Below the pieces are notes generated by a model that had not been told where the DNA came from, ran no database searches, and saw nothing but the letters and a program-made list of their open reading frames with translations. A DNA stretch of 49,354 nucleotides. Source: Octopus bimaculoides (lineage: Eukaryota). Of this stretch, positions 48,533-49,354 are shown one piece after another; position 1 is the first letter of the stretch, and each line of letters opens with the position of its first letter. The translations under genes were made by a program, and so were the position numbers. Where the stretch lies: assembly GCF_001194135.2 (NCBI RefSeq), contig NC_068997.1, forward strand, positions 17,002,636 to 17,051,989. Direction: 5' to 3'.

Positions 48533-49235
48533 CCATCTATCAAGTCAAAGATAGTTAAAATGATAGTGTGATCGAACACAAAACCACGCGTTTGCGAAGC
48601 CACCTTATAAAACAATCAGTAAAGTATCTCTGTCAACTTCTCCTTCAATTTGGCAAAGCTCTCATTTGTGCTACGATATAAAAGTTACTTGACAGTTTAA
48701 TTTCTTTGTAGAGCATTCTGTGAAATATAAATGGGTTAATACGAAGTCACATGAAATTTTTTTCGGACGTGGTTTAAATATGGTAATTGGAATTCCGTTG
48801 CAATGCGCATGTGTGAAGGTTAGTTACAATAGTGTAAGTATATGTTGATGAGAAAAGGAAAATACAATGGAAGAAAAACAGAAGGAAAATTGACGTTTTG
48901 TGTATTGGTAGATAGGATCGTGGGTCGACAGCCAGTAATATTCAGTTCAGAAGAAAAATAGGTGAATTAAATATTAAACATGATTGACAAGATCTTAATT
49001 TAAGGCAACAAATGCTTTGGCCTGGATTCAAGTTGCATATTTAGGTTTAGTATTGATATTATTGAAAGGAATGAAAAGGAAAATGAGAAGATAAGTAGCA
49101 AACTGAAATTAAAAAGGAAAATATACTAAATAAACAAGAATACGAAAAGAAAAAAGAAAACAAGGTAAAAAGCTAAAAAAAGAAAAAAGAAAAACTGTTT
49201 ATCGAACTAAAAGAATTGTAATGACAAAATAGTCG

Positions 49236-49354
49236 ATGATGATGATGATGATGATGATGTCAACGACCACGAAGACGACCGCGACGACGGCGACAATGGT
49301 GGTGGTAGTGGTGGTGGTGTTGGTGGTGGTAGTGGTGGTGGTGTTGGTGGTGGT
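49236..49354. repeat. (GAT)/(GAC)/(GGT) trinucleotide repeats at the window end
   Basis: Direct inspection. Confidence 0.9.

Noticed and set aside
1-49354. CRISPR array, rRNA or prokaryotic operon
   Set aside because: No repeat-spacer array with unique spacers, no rRNA-like segment and no dense coding; the window is eukaryotic repeat-rich DNA.

Overview
AT-rich eukaryotic genomic DNA from a gapped short-read scaffold (13 N-gaps, most flanked by (TA)n). The SINE families and microsatellite load resemble an octopus (coleoid cephalopod) genome; this is inference from repeat recognition, not a database result. No intact host protein-coding gene, rRNA, bona fide tRNA or CRISPR array is supported, and nearly all ORFs in the supplied track are microsatellite or N-gap artefacts. 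The window is a transposon graveyard. It holds many tRNA-derived SINE copies (families called A, B, C and D here), a Penelope-like element relic (RT thumb plus GIY-YIG, minus strand, ~8.2-9.2 kb), a Tx1/L1-like LINE 3' part with three repeated hairpins in its 3' UTR (9.55-10.8 kb), a HERO-like RLE retrotransposon relic split by a SINE (19.1-21.3 kb), two tandem RTE-like 3' ends (43.5-44.3 kb), non-autonomous Helitron-like elements and a 235-bp Tc1/mariner deletion derivative with TIRs and TA duplication. The most interesting signals are four different degenerate minimal hammerhead-ribozyme-like motifs, a fold-back SINE pair, recurrent microhomology deletions in SINE B, and one orphan coiled-coil exon candidate at 30.5 kb.
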